Below, in pieces: positions 25,088 to 36,515 of a stretch of DNA of 64,000 nt. The position numbers and the translations under genes were made by a program. The stretch is taken from positions 1 through 64,000 of the forward strand of contig CDROCS010006357.1 in assembly GCA_977020255.1 (NCBI GenBank). Reading direction: 5' to 3'. How positions within the stretch are numbered: position 1 is the stretch's first letter; each line of letters opens with the position of its first letter. Source of the stretch: Obrimoposthia wandeli (Eukaryota). The notes beneath the pieces are model-generated. The model ran no database searches. It was not told where the DNA came from and saw only the letters and a program-made list of their open reading frames with translations.

Positions 25088-25439
25088 GTTGTGCCTTCCT
25101 TGTCGATAATCACAAAATTATATTAATACAAGCAGCAACGGTGGCATTCGCTTGAAAGGATGTCCAAAGCAAGCCAGCAGGGAGGTAGTGGTTTTAGGCA
25201 CAGTTCAACTTTTTCTTCGTTCGTATACATCAGATACCGAGCAAGTTTGCTGACTGCCCCCAATCTACAACATTACAATGTGTTCATTCTATTCACCAAG
25301 AGTGCAAAGAATCATTGCCACCCATCGTTATCACTTACGATGTTATGCAGCCAATGCTGTTATTTGATCTTTAAAATGACTAGAATTAGAACAAGTAAGT
25401 AATTTTCATTTCAGCACAGTTTAATTTTTTCGAGTATCT

Positions 25440-25949
25440 ATGTCTCTATTGCAAGTATTAACATTCCCTGATGAACGCCTGCGTACTATTGCTAAACCTG
25501 TTGAAGCAATAACACCAGAAATCCAGAACATCGTCGATGACATGCTAGAAACCATGTATGACGAAGAAGGTATCGGTTTAGCGGCAACACAAGTTGATAT
25601 TCATCAACGTATTGTGGTGATCGATATTTCTGAAGAGCGTGACCAGCCAATGGTGCTGATCAACCCAGAAATTACGGATAAACGTGGTGAAGATGGGATT
25701 GAGGAAGGCTGCCTGTCGGTACCCGGCTCTCGAGCATTGATTCCTCGTGCGGCAGAAGTTTCTGTCAAAGCACTTGATCGTGATGGTAACCCTTTCTCAT
25801 TCGAAGCCGATGATCTGCTTGCAATCTGTGTACAGCACGAACTTGATCATTTAGCTGGCAAGTTATTTGTTGATTACCTATCGCCTTTAAAACGTCAGCG
25901 TATTAAGCAAAAACTAGAGAAAATCAAACGTTTTAACGACAAAGACTAA
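25440..25949 (+). CDS. def: Peptide deformylase
   Basis: [13 protein letters not shown] and QHELDH motifs. Confidence 0.98.
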   Translation: MSLLQVLTFPDERLRTIAKPVEAITPEIQNIVDDMLETMYDEEGIGLAATQVDIHQRIVVIDISEERDQPMVLINPEITDKRGEDGIEEGCLSVPGSRALIPRAAEVSVKALDRDGNPFSFEADDLLAICVQHELDHLAGKLFVDYLSPLKRQRIKQKLEKIKRFNDKD

Positions 25950-25965
25950 TTAATCCGAGGTTACC

Positions 25966-26910
25966 TTGAGCAAACCGTTACGTATTATATTTGCTGGTAC
26001 ACCTGACTTCGCCGCCCGTCATCTGGCGGCGTTGTTGTCTTCACAGCATGAAGTTATCGCTGTATATACCCAGCCAGATCGTCCTGCTGGTCGTGGTAAA
26101 AAAGTAACCGCTAGCCCGGTTAAAAATATCGCGTTAGAAAATGACCTGCCCGTATATCAACCGGCATCATTGCGCAATGAAGAAGCGCAACAAGAACTTG
26201 CAGCATTAAATGCCGATATCATGGTCGTCGTGGCTTATGGTCTACTGCTGCCTAAAATTGTGCTCGATACGCCTAAATTGGGTTGTATCAATGTGCATGG
26301 TTCTATTTTGCCACGCTGGCGTGGGGCTGCACCGATCCAACGCTCCATTTGGGCTGGCGATCAAGAAACCGGTGTGACCATCATGCAAATGGATGAAGGT
26401 CTTGATACGGGTGATATGTTAACTATTGCCACTCTACCGATTGAGCCAACAGATACCAGTGCGACAATGTATGACAAGCTAGCGGGATTAGGTCCTAACG
26501 CTTTAATTGACTGTCTATCTGAAATTACCGCAGGTACTGCCATTGCTGAAAAGCAAAATGATGAGCTTGCGAATTACGCGAAGAAGCTGAATAAAGAAGA
26601 AGCCAAAATTGACTGGGCAATGGAAGCAACCGCCATTGAGCGTTGTATCCGCGCATTTAACCCATGGCCAATGAGCTACTTTGCTGTTGCTGAACAAAAT
26701 GTCAAAGTATGGCATGCCGTTGTTGAAGCAGAAAACCAAGGTAAAGCACCGGGTACCGTTTTATCTGCCGATAAACAAGGTATCACGGTTGCGACAGGTA
26801 AAGGTGCACTTCGCCTTACCGAACTTCAACCACCAGGAAAGAAAGCCATGAAAGCGCAAGATATTCTAAACTCGCGCCGAGAATGGTTTGAACCTGGCAC
26901 TCAACTGTAA
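25966..26910 (+). CDS. fmt: Methionyl-tRNA formyltransferase
   Basis: FAGTPDFA and [15 protein letters not shown] motifs; TTG start after GAGG. Confidence 0.98.
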   Translation: MSKPLRIIFAGTPDFAARHLAALLSSQHEVIAVYTQPDRPAGRGKKVTASPVKNIALENDLPVYQPASLRNEEAQQELAALNADIMVVVAYGLLLPKIVLDTPKLGCINVHGSILPRWRGAAPIQRSIWAGDQETGVTIMQMDEGLDTGDMLTIATLPIEPTDTSATMYDKLAGLGPNALIDCLSEITAGTAIAEKQNDELANYAKKLNKEEAKIDWAMEATAIERCIRAFNPWPMSYFAVAEQNVKVWHAVVEAENQGKAPGTVLSADKQGITVATGKGALRLTELQPPGKKAMKAQDILNSRREWFEPGTQL

Positions 26911-26914
26911 TGTT

Positions 26915-26945
26915 AAAGCCAGTGCCCAATCACTGGCTTTTTTAT
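26915..26945 (+). terminator. Rho-independent terminator after fmt
   Basis: AAAGCCAGTG-cccaat-CACTGGCTTT followed by T-run. Confidence 0.85.
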
Positions 26946-26981
26946 TTTCCACGTCGTTAAAAATAAATTCAGGAAATACGC

Positions 26982-28277
26982 ATGAACGTAAGAGCCGCAG
27001 CTGCCCAGGTTGTTTATCAGGTTGTTGATCAGGGGCAATCCCTTTCAGCTGCACTACCAGCAGCCCAGCAGAACATTCGAGAACGTGATCATGCTTTGCT
27101 GCAAGAGATTTGCTACGGCGTATTACGCTGGTTACCGCGTTTAGAGTCGATTACTACTCATCTAATGGACAAGCCCTTAAAAGGTAAGCAACGTGTTTTC
27201 CACCATTTGATTTTAGTGGGCCTATACCAACTAGGTCACATGCGCATTCCCGCTCATGCTGCTGTAGCCGAAACGGTTAATGCCACTAAAGATCTTAAGA
27301 AAACCCAGCTACGTGGTTTAATTAATGCCATTTTACGTAACTACCAGCGCCAACAAGAACAGCTAGATGCACAATCAATCAGCCACGATGCAGGCAAATA
27401 CGGCCATCCAGGCTGGTTGTTAAATATGCTAAAAGCAAACTACCCAAAACAGTTGGAAGCGATTGTTACGGCAAATAATACCAAAGCCCCAATGTGGCTA
27501 CGCGTAAACCGCCAACACCATACTCGCGATGAATACCGCGCATTACTTAATGACGTTGGCATCGAGACAGACTTACACCCAGAAGCCGCTGATGCACTGC
27601 GTTTGTTGTCACCTTGCGATGTGAGCAAACTACCTGGTTTTGCTGATGGTTGGTCATCAGTACAAGATGGTGCCGCCCAATTAGCCGTCGATTTCTTACA
27701 ACCACAAGCTGGCGAACTGATTCTTGATTGTTGTGCAGCTCCTGGTGGTAAAACGGCACATATCCTAGAGCGTCAGCCAACGGCTAAAGTGGTTGCCATT
27801 GACTGTGATGAACGCCGTTTAACCCGCGTTTATGAAAATCTTGCCCGTCTGAAGCTTGATGCCAAAGTATTGTGCGCCGATGCACGTTACCCTGCGGATT
27901 GGTGGCACGGTGAAAAATTTGACCGCATCTTACTCGATGCACCTTGTTCTGCTACGGGGGTTATTCGTCGTCATCCAGATATTAAATGGTTACGTCGAGC
28001 AAGCGACATTGAAGCGCTCTCAATCCTTCAAGCTGAGATTTTTGATGCTATGTGGTTACAGCTGAAATCTGGTGGTATCTTGGTATATGCGACCTGTTCG
28101 ATTACACCACAAGAAAACAGCGAACAAGTGAAAGCATTCCTTGCCCGCACAGCCGATGCAACCTTGATCAATCGTGGGCAAGAAGCTGATAGTGATATGG
28201 AACAACCGGGTCGCCAGATCTTACCGGGTGAATCTGATATGGATGGTTTCTACTACGCTGTTCTGCAAAAAAGCTAA
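26982..28277 (+). CDS. rsmB: 16S rRNA m5C967 methyltransferase
   Basis: NusB-like N-terminus; [10 protein letters not shown] and DAPCSATG motifs. Confidence 0.96.
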   Translation: MNVRAAAAQVVYQVVDQGQSLSAALPAAQQNIRERDHALLQEICYGVLRWLPRLESITTHLMDKPLKGKQRVFHHLILVGLYQLGHMRIPAHAAVAETVNATKDLKKTQLRGLINAILRNYQRQQEQLDAQSISHDAGKYGHPGWLLNMLKANYPKQLEAIVTANNTKAPMWLRVNRQHHTRDEYRALLNDVGIETDLHPEAADALRLLSPCDVSKLPGFADGWSSVQDGAAQLAVDFLQPQAGELILDCCAAPGGKTAHILERQPTAKVVAIDCDERRLTRVYENLARLKLDAKVLCADARYPADWWHGEKFDRILLDAPCSATGVIRRHPDIKWLRRASDIEALSILQAEIFDAMWLQLKSGGILVYATCSITPQENSEQVKAFLARTADATLINRGQEADSDMEQPGRQILPGESDMDGFYYAVLQKS

Positions 28278-28388
28278 CACCAAAGCGTACCTAAAAAAAA
28301 CCAAATCGTTCTAACTCAAGACATATCATTATGCTCTTGAGTTAGAAGCGTAGTAACCTACACAGAATACTTTACTCAGGCATATGCT

Positions 28389-29765
28389 ATGAAAATCATC
28401 ATTCTCGGCGCAGGTCAGGTCGGTGGCACACTGGCAGAGAACCTTGTCGGTGAAAACAACGACATAACGATTGTTGATAAAGACCCAGAACGTCTGCGAG
28501 AACTGCAAGATAAATACGATCTTCGGGTTGTTCAGGGTTTTGCGAGTCATCCACGTACTCTACGTGAAGCAGGGGCTCAGGATGCTGATATGCTAGTTTC
28601 GGTCACCAATTCTGACGAAACCAATATGATTGCCTGTCAAATTGCATTTTCTTTATTTAATACCCCTAACCGCGTTGCTCGTATCCGCTCTCCGGAATAC
28701 CTCAAAGAAAAAGATTCGTTGTTCCAATCGGATGCTGTTCCTGTCGATCACTTGATCGCCCCAGAAGAGCTGGTAACAGGGTATATCGAACGCTTAATTG
28801 AATACCCGGGAGCATTGCAGGTCGTCGGTTTTGCCGAAGATAAAGTAGGGTTAGTTGCCGTTAAAGCGTATTACGGTGGACCATTAGTTGGTAATGCACT
28901 ATCCGCGTTACGTGAGCATATGCCACATATCGACACTCGCGTTGCTGCTATCTTTCGCCAAGGCAGACCAATTCGTCCTCAAGGCACGACGATTATTGAA
29001 GCCGATGATGAAGTCTTCTTCGTTGCAGCCAGCAATCACATTCGTTCAGTCATGAGTGAACTTCAACGTTTAGAAAAACCGTATAAGCGTTTAATGATCG
29101 TCGGTGGCGGTAATATCGGTGCAGGTCTCGCCCGTCGATTAGAGCAGAATTACAGTGTTAAACTCATTGAACGTAATCCTGAACGTGCAGAAAGCCTGTC
29201 TGAAATGCTCGAAAATACCATCGTTTTCTGTGGTGATGCATCTGATCAAGAGTTATTAAGTGAAGAGCACATCGAACAAATTGATGTATTTATTGCCGTC
29301 ACTAACGATGATGAAGCAAACATCATGTCGGCCATGCTTGCTAAACGCATGGGAGCCAAAAAAGTCATGGTGCTTATTCAGCGCGGGGCTTATGTCGATT
29401 TAGTGCAAGGTGGAGTAATTGATATCGCTATATCGCCACAGCAAGCAACAATTTCAGCATTGTTAACCCACGTACGAAAAGCCGATATTGTGAATGTATC
29501 TTCATTACGTCGCGGAGCAGCTGAAGCGATCGAGGCGATTGCGCATGGTGATTCAAGTACTTCAAAAGTAGTTGGTCGATCGATTGGTGAAATTAAGCTA
29601 CCACCAGGCACAACCATTGGTGCGATCGTCCGTGGTAATGAAGTCTTAATAGCTCACGACCGAACCATGATAGAACAAGATGATCATGTTGTTATGTTCC
29701 TCGTCGACAAAAAATACATCCCTGATGTTGAACGTCTCTTCCAACCTAGCCCATTTTTCCTATAA
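28389..29765 (+). CDS. trkA: Trk potassium uptake NAD-binding subunit
   Basis: [12 protein letters not shown]; two RCK modules. Confidence 0.97.
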   Translation: MKIIILGAGQVGGTLAENLVGENNDITIVDKDPERLRELQDKYDLRVVQGFASHPRTLREAGAQDADMLVSVTNSDETNMIACQIAFSLFNTPNRVARIRSPEYLKEKDSLFQSDAVPVDHLIAPEELVTGYIERLIEYPGALQVVGFAEDKVGLVAVKAYYGGPLVGNALSALREHMPHIDTRVAAIFRQGRPIRPQGTTIIEADDEVFFVAASNHIRSVMSELQRLEKPYKRLMIVGGGNIGAGLARRLEQNYSVKLIERNPERAESLSEMLENTIVFCGDASDQELLSEEHIEQIDVFIAVTNDDEANIMSAMLAKRMGAKKVMVLIQRGAYVDLVQGGVIDIAISPQQATISALLTHVRKADIVNVSSLRRGAAEAIEAIAHGDSSTSKVVGRSIGEIKLPPGTTIGAIVRGNEVLIAHDRTMIEQDDHVVMFLVDKKYIPDVERLFQPSPFFL

Positions 29766-29768
29766 CTT

Positions 29769-31214
29769 ATGGTTAATTTCCGTCCTATAATGTTCGTGAT
29801 CGGGTTGGTTTTATCTAAAATAGCCCTTTTCATGTACATCCCAACCCTTGTTGCCTTTTTTACAGGTACGGGTGGGTTCATCGATTTCGCCACTGCGGTT
29901 ATTATTACGCATACCGTGGCTTTTCTGTGTCTAACATTTGGTAAAACCAAAGAGTTTAAGATAGGGGTCAGGGAGATGTTCCTGATCACGACCTTAGTGT
30001 GGACGATTTCCAGTGCCTTTGCGGCATTACCTTTTGTCTTCATTAACCACATCAGCTTTACCGATGCCTACTTTGAAACCATGTCGGGCATTACGACAAC
30101 GGGCTCGACGGTACTGAGTGGGTTAGATGATATGGCACCCAGTATTCTGCTTTGGCGTTCAACGTTACAATGGCTTGGCGGCATCGGCTTTATTGTAATG
30201 GGGGTCGCGATTCTACCCATGTTAAACGTAGGTGGGATGCGACTATTCCAAACTGAATCATCAGATTGGTCAGAAAAGAGTTCTCCGAGAACCAAAAGTG
30301 TTGCTAAGAATATAGTCAATGTTTACATAACCTTAACTATATTGTGCATCATAGGTTTTGTAATGACAGGCATGAATACGTTTGATGCAATAAACCATGC
30401 ATTTACCACCTTATCAACCGGTGGCTATTCAACCTCTGATGGTTCGATGAATAATTTTTCCCATAGTACGCATTGGGTCGCCACTTTCTTTATGTTCGCG
30501 GGTGGCTTGCCATTTCTCTTATTTGTACAAGCGCTGCGTAAAAGGAGCCCAGGAGCTCTGTTTGCCGATGCCCAAGTAAGAGGCTTCACTTTATTGGTGC
30601 TAACGGCTGGGGTAATTGTCGCACTGTGGCTAACGTGGAAACTGGACTACAACTTTCTTGATGCGTTACGTGTATCTCTGTTTAATATTATTTCAGTGGT
30701 AACGACGACAGGGTTTGGTCTTGATGATTTCACCTCATGGGGACCATTACCCAGCATTATCTTTGCTTTCATTATGTTGGTGGGTGGATGTTCTGGATCG
30801 ACATCGGGCGGTATTAAAATCTTCCGTTTTCAGGTCGCTTTTGCCTTATTACGCAAACAAATGATGCAGTTGGTTCACCCTTCTGGTGTCTTTATTCAAC
30901 GCTATAACGGTCGCCCAGTGACTGATGGCATCGTGCGCTCGGTTGTGGCTTTTGCGCTGACTTTTATTCTGACCATCGTGGTTATTGCGGTGATATTAGG
31001 CATTATTGGCCTAGATCCTGTCACCAGTATTACAGGTGCAGCTACCGCCGTTGCTAATGTGGGCCCTGGAATGGGAAATATTATAGGGCCAACCGGTAAC
31101 TTTGCCAGCTTACCCGATATGGCTAAATGGACATTAAGCATTGGAATGTTAATGGGCCGCTTAGAAATACTCACTGTGCTCGTGGTCTTTTTTCCTGCAT
31201 TTTGGCACGACTAG
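29769..31214 (+). CDS. trkH: Trk potassium uptake membrane subunit
   Basis: Pore-loop motifs SGITTTG, STGG, TTTGF and ANVGPG. Confidence 0.95.
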   Translation: MVNFRPIMFVIGLVLSKIALFMYIPTLVAFFTGTGGFIDFATAVIITHTVAFLCLTFGKTKEFKIGVREMFLITTLVWTISSAFAALPFVFINHISFTDAYFETMSGITTTGSTVLSGLDDMAPSILLWRSTLQWLGGIGFIVMGVAILPMLNVGGMRLFQTESSDWSEKSSPRTKSVAKNIVNVYITLTILCIIGFVMTGMNTFDAINHAFTTLSTGGYSTSDGSMNNFSHSTHWVATFFMFAGGLPFLLFVQALRKRSPGALFADAQVRGFTLLVLTAGVIVALWLTWKLDYNFLDALRVSLFNIISVVTTTGFGLDDFTSWGPLPSIIFAFIMLVGGCSGSTSGGIKIFRFQVAFALLRKQMMQLVHPSGVFIQRYNGRPVTDGIVRSVVAFALTFILTIVVIAVILGIIGLDPVTSITGAATAVANVGPGMGNIIGPTGNFASLPDMAKWTLSIGMLMGRLEILTVLVVFFPAFWHD

Positions 31215-31229
31215 CGAACTGCTACCAAT

Positions 31230-31262
31230 AAAAAAGAGAGCATATATGCTCTCTTTTTTTTT
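31230..31262. terminator. Bidirectional terminator between trkH and hemolysin III gene
   Basis: A-run + GAGAGCAT/ATGCTCTC stem + T-run. Confidence 0.85.
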
Positions 31263-31352
31263 ATCTATACCAAAGCGTATAGACCTCGTTAACTCAACCC
31301 AAGGTGCTCGTTTCAGGGAGAATTAGGAAGAGCTGAGTCGACTTAAGAAGCA

Positions 31353-32012
31353 TTAAATGGGTTTCACGTAATAATAAATGGCAAAGAAATGGCAGACCGT
31401 GCCGCCTAAAACAAACAGGTGCCAAATCGCATGGTTATAAGGAATGCGTTTATTGACGTAAAAAAACACCCCTAACGAATAAATAACCCCGCCTAAACCC
31501 AATAAAAATAAGCCACCAGTCGAAATTGAGATCGCTAACTGATAAACCACAATCACAGATAACCAACCCATCGCCAAGTAAGTAATCAAAGATAAGCGCT
31601 TAAACCGATACACAAAGATAATTTTGAGAGCAATGCCGATAATGGCAAGTCCCCATATGACAGACATTAAGGTAATAGCCAATGGGGTGCGTAAAGAGAT
31701 CAATAAGAAAGGGGTATAAGTACCAGCAATTAATAAAAAGATAGCGCAATGATCAAAGGTTTTTAAAGCCCGCTTAGCACGCTCATAAGGGATCGCATGG
31801 TAAAGCGTTGAAGCTAGGTACAGTAAAATAATACTACTACCATAAATACTCAAACTTGCCATACTCATAAAATCAGCATTCGCAGCATTGCCCTGATTCA
31901 ATAACAGCATCAAACCTACAATACCGAAAATTAGACCTAAACCATGACTAACGCTATTCGCGATTTCTTCTGCCACCGAATAACCTTGCTTCAACGCGAC
32001 ACTCTTTACCAT
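31353..32012 (-). CDS. Hemolysin III / PAQR family membrane protein (YqfA-like)
   Basis: [25 protein letters not shown] and HAIWHLFV motifs. Confidence 0.92.
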   Translation of the reverse strand: MVKSVALKQGYSVAEEIANSVSHGLGLIFGIVGLMLLLNQGNAANADFMSMASLSIYGSSIILLYLASTLYHAIPYERAKRALKTFDHCAIFLLIAGTYTPFLLISLRTPLAITLMSVIWGLAIIGIALKIIFVYRFKRLSLITYLAMGWLSVIVVYQLAISISTGGLFLLGLGGVIYSLGVFFYVNKRIPYNHAIWHLFVLGGTVCHFFAIYYYVKPI

Positions 32013-32146
32013 TATCAGCTCCCGATAGAGTTAATGCTCGATACGAAAGCAGTATGACACATTTCAGAGTACACTTGTAAGCTGAATTTCATCCTTCATA
32101 AAGATCAATACATCTGCCACTGCTCTTTATGAGAGGGTACCCTGTA

Positions 32147-32935
32147 TTAGGTTGTTTGATCGAGGTAATCGAGTACTTGCTGACCAGCTTCAGTTGGTGT
32201 GCACTGTGCTGAAATATGGCAATGACGCTTCAATTCACCCCGACCTAAAAATCCAGATAACATTCCTGAAATACCCTTTAAACGACGATCAAGTTCAAAC
32301 CACAGTTGCAATCCATCATGATCTCGATAAGCGACAACTTCAAGCTCACGCCAAAGACCATGATATGGCCCTGATACCGGTACAAATTCGAATTCTTGTA
32401 CAAACGGTAAATCAAACCCAGAAGCCGCTTCACATTCCACCTGAAGAATACGTAACCCTGCGTTTTCTAATGCGGTAAAAACACCATCCATCAAAGGATC
32501 TGGGCGCACAGTCAGCGTGTCGGTATCTTTAGGATCTCGTGCCATAGGTATATCAAGATAGGTATCGAGCCACACTTTAGCATCACCAATTGTCACAGGG
32601 GTATTGAATGGCAGCTCAAAATCAACGTCAAATTCGCGTTCTTCGTTAACACCGATGACAAATGATTCAGGCAATGACCATGACGCCAATACACAGGTTT
32701 GCGGTCTTTTTTCTTTACGGTGCTCACTGTCACCACGGCTGACAGGCACTTCATCAATATAGCGGCAGCATAGTTGCACGTTGATATTATCGATTTGCTG
32801 CTCTGCTGAACCACCTTGAACATGGATCAACACAGGTAGCTTTTCACCAGGAATTAACACATCACGCTTTAAAACAGTATCAATTTTTGCAGCACCAATC
32901 CCTAGACTTGCAAAACTCTTACGAAAGAAAGACAT
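32147..32935 (-). CDS. Spo0M-family (sporulation-control-like) protein
   Basis: SLGIGAAKIDT...DPKDTD...QEFEFVP pattern. Confidence 0.8.
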   Translation of the reverse strand: MSFFRKSFASLGIGAAKIDTVLKRDVLIPGEKLPVLIHVQGGSAEQQIDNINVQLCCRYIDEVPVSRGDSEHRKEKRPQTCVLASWSLPESFVIGVNEEREFDVDFELPFNTPVTIGDAKVWLDTYLDIPMARDPKDTDTLTVRPDPLMDGVFTALENAGLRILQVECEAASGFDLPFVQEFEFVPVSGPYHGLWRELEVVAYRDHDGLQLWFELDRRLKGISGMLSGFLGRGELKRHCHISAQCTPTEAGQQVLDYLDQTT

Positions 32936-33081
32936 GTAAACTCCTGTTAAAATGACAACGAAACGACTAAAGAATCATATGAAATCAGTTTCTTTATCTT
33001 GCAAAGGAAGGAACAAAACCGCAAGTACTTTAAAAAAATCATTGTCATTTTTGAGGCGAACGATGCCAGCAAAGTGATTAA

Positions 33082-33753
33082 TTACTTAAGTAAGTCGATG
33101 GTTGCTTGGCGTGCACTTTCGGGATCGCGAGCGATGATACCGTCAACAATTTTCTGATGAAGATCTAACTTAAGTAAGCGCTCACGAGTAATAATACGGA
33201 AATAATTTTCAAATACCGCTTTAAACAAATTACCAAATGGGCTGATAAAATGATTACCCGATGCAAAATAAATTAACTGATGAAAACGGGTATCAATCTC
33301 AATCCATTTATCTTGATTGAAATCATCCCCTAACAAATGCATTTCTTTCATTAAATGCTGCAACTCTTCACGATCAACATCGCTCGCATTTAATGCCGTT
33401 AATGCCGCGGCTTCAGGCTCTAATGTCATACGAACCTGTTGAAATTCTGCAACCAGTTCTGAATGCTCACTAAAATTTAACCACGCCAGTAAGTCCTGAT
33501 CCAAGTAATTCCAATTACGTTTAGGTAATACACGCGTACCAATACGAGGGCGAGGAAGTACCATGCCTTTCGCAGCAAGCATTTTTATCGCCTCACGTAC
33601 CGCAGTACGGCTCACACCGTACATTTCACCGAGTTCAATTTCACCCGGTAAAATATCACCCGGAGCGTTTTCCCCTTGTAAAATACTTCGACCAATCGAT
33701 TCTGCTAACTGATAAGATAAGTTACGATTTAGCACACTCTTCTGCTGTTTCAT
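33082..33753 (-). CDS. FadR/GntR family transcriptional regulator
   Basis: wHTH LPGE..L...YGVSRTAVREA plus C-terminal FCD domain (DTRFHQ). Confidence 0.92.
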   Translation of the reverse strand: MKQQKSVLNRNLSYQLAESIGRSILQGENAPGDILPGEIELGEMYGVSRTAVREAIKMLAAKGMVLPRPRIGTRVLPKRNWNYLDQDLLAWLNFSEHSELVAEFQQVRMTLEPEAAALTALNASDVDREELQHLMKEMHLLGDDFNQDKWIEIDTRFHQLIYFASGNHFISPFGNLFKAVFENYFRIITRERLLKLDLHQKIVDGIIARDPESARQATIDLLK

Positions 33754-34085
33754 CTATGTTCCCTCCACGGCTATTTTTTATAATAGTTGCCCATTTTTAT
33801 ATCGCGCATTACATCACAAAGTCACGGTGCTGGAACCGCTTATCTTCACAGTTGCTACACATAACAACGTATTCTCTTTTTTCAGCCAAATATCAGCATC
33901 ATTACCATCATCATCCGTTGATGCATTGCTCGACTTATCGACACCTTGCTGCTATTCTCTGCGCCGAAAAATACGACAAAACAACCCAATCATTCTGTTC
34001 TGGACGGGCTTTGCCTATGGGGATACCCCGGCTTAATGATTGTTTATTCTTTTTGGCCACGGATGAGCCTGACTATTGGTGAATC

Positions 34086-34271
34086 ATGCGCCCAGCATCT
34101 CCCGTCAGGTATGTAAGAAGTACCCCTCACAGTCCATCACGTTTACGCAGCACAGCTCACGCGCCTACATTTAAACCCAAAAATGTACCGCAAAGCACCG
34201 CTGATATTCATACGATGCCTGCCTCTCAACCCGTTTTAACCAATCCGGTAACTGATGAGCAAGCAGCGTAA
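34086..34271 (+). CDS. Small hypothetical protein (61 aa, Arg/Pro/Ser-rich)
   Basis: GGTGA just before ATG; followed by a terminator at 34290-34322; no family recognised. Confidence 0.4.
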   Translation: MRPASPVRYVRSTPHSPSRLRSTAHAPTFKPKNVPQSTADIHTMPASQPVLTNPVTDEQAA

Positions 34272-34289
34272 GTATTAATGATGTAACTC

Positions 34290-34322
34290 AAAGGTAGTGA
34301 TTATTTCGCTGCCTTTTGTTTA
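34290..34322 (+). terminator. Rho-independent terminator
   Basis: AAGGTAGTGA-ttatt-TCGCTGCCTT (with G-U pairs) followed by TTGTTT. Confidence 0.65.
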
Positions 34323-34465
34323 TCTCATCAAATCTATTTTCCAAACCCATCCCTAATACGCTTATTCCGTCATTATCTCCCGTTTGAATCAACGCATTAT
34401 TTGATATAATTACGCCATAATAAAATTATGACGATATTTGCTCAGCCTTAATTTTGGAGAAAGTA

Positions 34466-34732
34466 ATGAAAACGCATCGTGTAAACGAACTTATTGAGTT
34501 GATCCACCCTGAATGGAAAAAAAATTCAGACCTTAATTTGATTCAATTTCTACTGAAACTAGCAGAAGAAGCAAAGTATGACGGTAAATTAGAGGATTTA
34601 ACCGACGATATTCTAATTTATCATCTAAAAATGCGTAATAGTGACGAGAATGCCATGATCCCAGGCATCGCTAAAGATTGTGAGAATGACTTCAAAACCG
34701 CCATTCTTCGTGCGCGTGGCATTATCAAATAA
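34466..34732 (+). CDS. yihD: YihD / DUF1040 family protein
   Basis: [13 protein letters not shown]...[11 protein letters not shown]...[11 protein letters not shown]. Confidence 0.9.
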   Translation: MKTHRVNELIELIHPEWKKNSDLNLIQFLLKLAEEAKYDGKLEDLTDDILIYHLKMRNSDENAMIPGIAKDCENDFKTAILRARGIIK

Positions 34733-34983
34733 GCGCTGACTCCCATAAAACATGGCTGAACATCAGATCAGCCTATTTTAATTCCTCATCTGTTACACCC
34801 TTTTGGACTGTCATCGGCACCTATTGCTGAAACTATGACCTTGTTAGAGTAATCAGAAAAATGACTGTTATATAATCAACTGATAACATCTATCGGTAAT
34901 TGTTTACATTTAACGGTCAGGCAACGTATCTGAACCGATCCTTTTGCTACCTCAGTGCAAGGAAATCCAAGGAAAGTAATGTC

Positions 34984-36414
34984 ATGAGCCAAGAGAAAAT
35001 CAAAATAAAGGATATCACCCCCCAACAATTTAACCCCAAAACACATAAAGGCACATCAGATCGTTTTAATCCAAGCAACCAAATCTATGTCCGTGCCGTA
35101 AAAGGGGTTTATCAACAACTTCGCCAACGTATGGGGTGGCTATTAATGGTGCTCTTTATGGGCGTACCTTGGATTCCTTATGGTGATCGACAAGCAATAT
35201 TGTTAGATATCGGTCAGCAGCAATTTAACTTCTTTGGCACGACATTGTGGCCACAAGATCTCACCATTTTGGCATCGTTTTTCATGATTGCCGCGTTCGC
35301 ACTCTTTTTTGTTACCACCTTTTTAGGGCGTGTTTGGTGTGGGTATTTCTGTCCGCAAACAGTCTGGACCTTTATCTATATCTGGTTCGAAGAAAAACTA
35401 GAAGGCTCGGCCAATAAACGCCGTAAGCAAGATTCACTCAAGCTAACCAAAAAGCTACTGGGTAGAAAAATACTCAAGCACATCGCATGGTGGGCAGTGG
35501 CACTCGCAACAGGGCTTACATTTGTCGGTTACTTTTTCCCCGTCAAAGATTTAGTGGTCGATTTTTTCACTTTTAATGCCAGCTTCTGGGCCGGTTTTTG
35601 GGTCCTTTTTTTTGCGGTTTGTACCTACGCCAACGCTGGTTGGATGCGATCGATTGTTTGTATACACATGTGCCCTTATGCACGATTCCAATCAGCCATG
35701 TTTGATAAAGACACCTACATTGTTGGTTACAACGAGCAACGAGGCGAAGTCCGCGGTCCTCGTTCTCGCAAAAAAGATCCAAAAGAATTAGGCTTAGGTG
35801 ATTGTATTGACTGCGATTTATGTGTGCAGGTTTGCCCAACGGGCATCGATATTCGAGATGGGCTGCAATATGAGTGTATTAACTGCGGTGCTTGTGTCGA
35901 TGCATGTGACAAAACCATGGATCGTATGGGGTATGAAAAAGGGCTGATCAGCTATACCACAGAACACAAGTTAGAAGGGCATCAAACCCATGTGATGCGT
36001 CCTAAATTAATCGGCTATGGCGCAGTCATGTTGGTGATGGGCGGATTATTTGTCTATTTAATCGCCTCAGTCCAACCCATGGGGCTGGATGTGCTCCGTG
36101 ATAGAAGCCAGCTATTTAGAATCAATGGCGAGGGAATGGTTGAAAATACCTATACCTTAAAGATCCTGAATAAAACCCAGCAAGACACCACCTATTCACT
36201 ATCCGTCGAAGGGCTAGAAGACATTGAATGGTATGGCGCTCAAACCGTAAACGTTTCTGCGGGTGAAATCTATACCTTGCCTATCAGCTTAGGGGTTGAT
36301 CCTTATATTATGAAAGCGCCAATTGCCAATATCACTTTTATTTTGCATAAAGGCGAAGGAGAGAATGAAACGACGCTTCATACTGAAAGTCGCTTTATTG
36401 GTGAACTCCGCTAG
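34984..36414 (+). CDS. ccoG: Cytochrome c oxidase accessory 4Fe-4S protein CcoG/FixG/RdxA
   Basis: GRVWCGYFCPQ, CIDCDLCVQVCP and CINCGACVDAC motifs. Confidence 0.92.
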   Translation: MSQEKIKIKDITPQQFNPKTHKGTSDRFNPSNQIYVRAVKGVYQQLRQRMGWLLMVLFMGVPWIPYGDRQAILLDIGQQQFNFFGTTLWPQDLTILASFFMIAAFALFFVTTFLGRVWCGYFCPQTVWTFIYIWFEEKLEGSANKRRKQDSLKLTKKLLGRKILKHIAWWAVALATGLTFVGYFFPVKDLVVDFFTFNASFWAGFWVLFFAVCTYANAGWMRSIVCIHMCPYARFQSAMFDKDTYIVGYNEQRGEVRGPRSRKKDPKELGLGDCIDCDLCVQVCPTGIDIRDGLQYECINCGACVDACDKTMDRMGYEKGLISYTTEHKLEGHQTHVMRPKLIGYGAVMLVMGGLFVYLIASVQPMGLDVLRDRSQLFRINGEGMVENTYTLKILNKTQQDTTYSLSVEGLEDIEWYGAQTVNVSAGEIYTLPISLGVDPYIMKAPIANITFILHKGEGENETTLHTESRFIGELR

Positions 36415-36438
36415 TCTCACTTAATCAGTAATATCAAT

Positions 36439-36465
36439 AAAAGGGCCAGAACAGGGCCCTTTTTT
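36439..36465 (+). terminator. Rho-independent terminator after ccoG
   Basis: AAAAGGGCC/GGCCCTTTT stem followed by T-run. Confidence 0.75.
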
Positions 36466-36515
36466 ATTATGATGGTATAAGATACATCACTAATTTGGTT
36501 CTGGATGTTGCCGCA

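Noticed and set aside
25160-25402. 80-aa ORF between lysM and def
   Set aside because: Occupies the divergent promoter region; no recognisable RBS or domain
31363-31378. GTTTCACGT as a possible parS site
   Set aside because: Only a half match to TGTTTCACGTGAAACA and inside a CDS end; no full parS1 site was spotted by eye in the window
33827-34036. 69-aa alternative-frame ORF upstream of the small ORF
   Set aside because: No RBS or recognisable motif; overlaps the likely GntR promoter region
34984-36414. ccoG located away from ccoNOQP
   Set aside because: As I recall, this position next to yihD and srkA-dsbA is the usual Vibrionaceae arrangement
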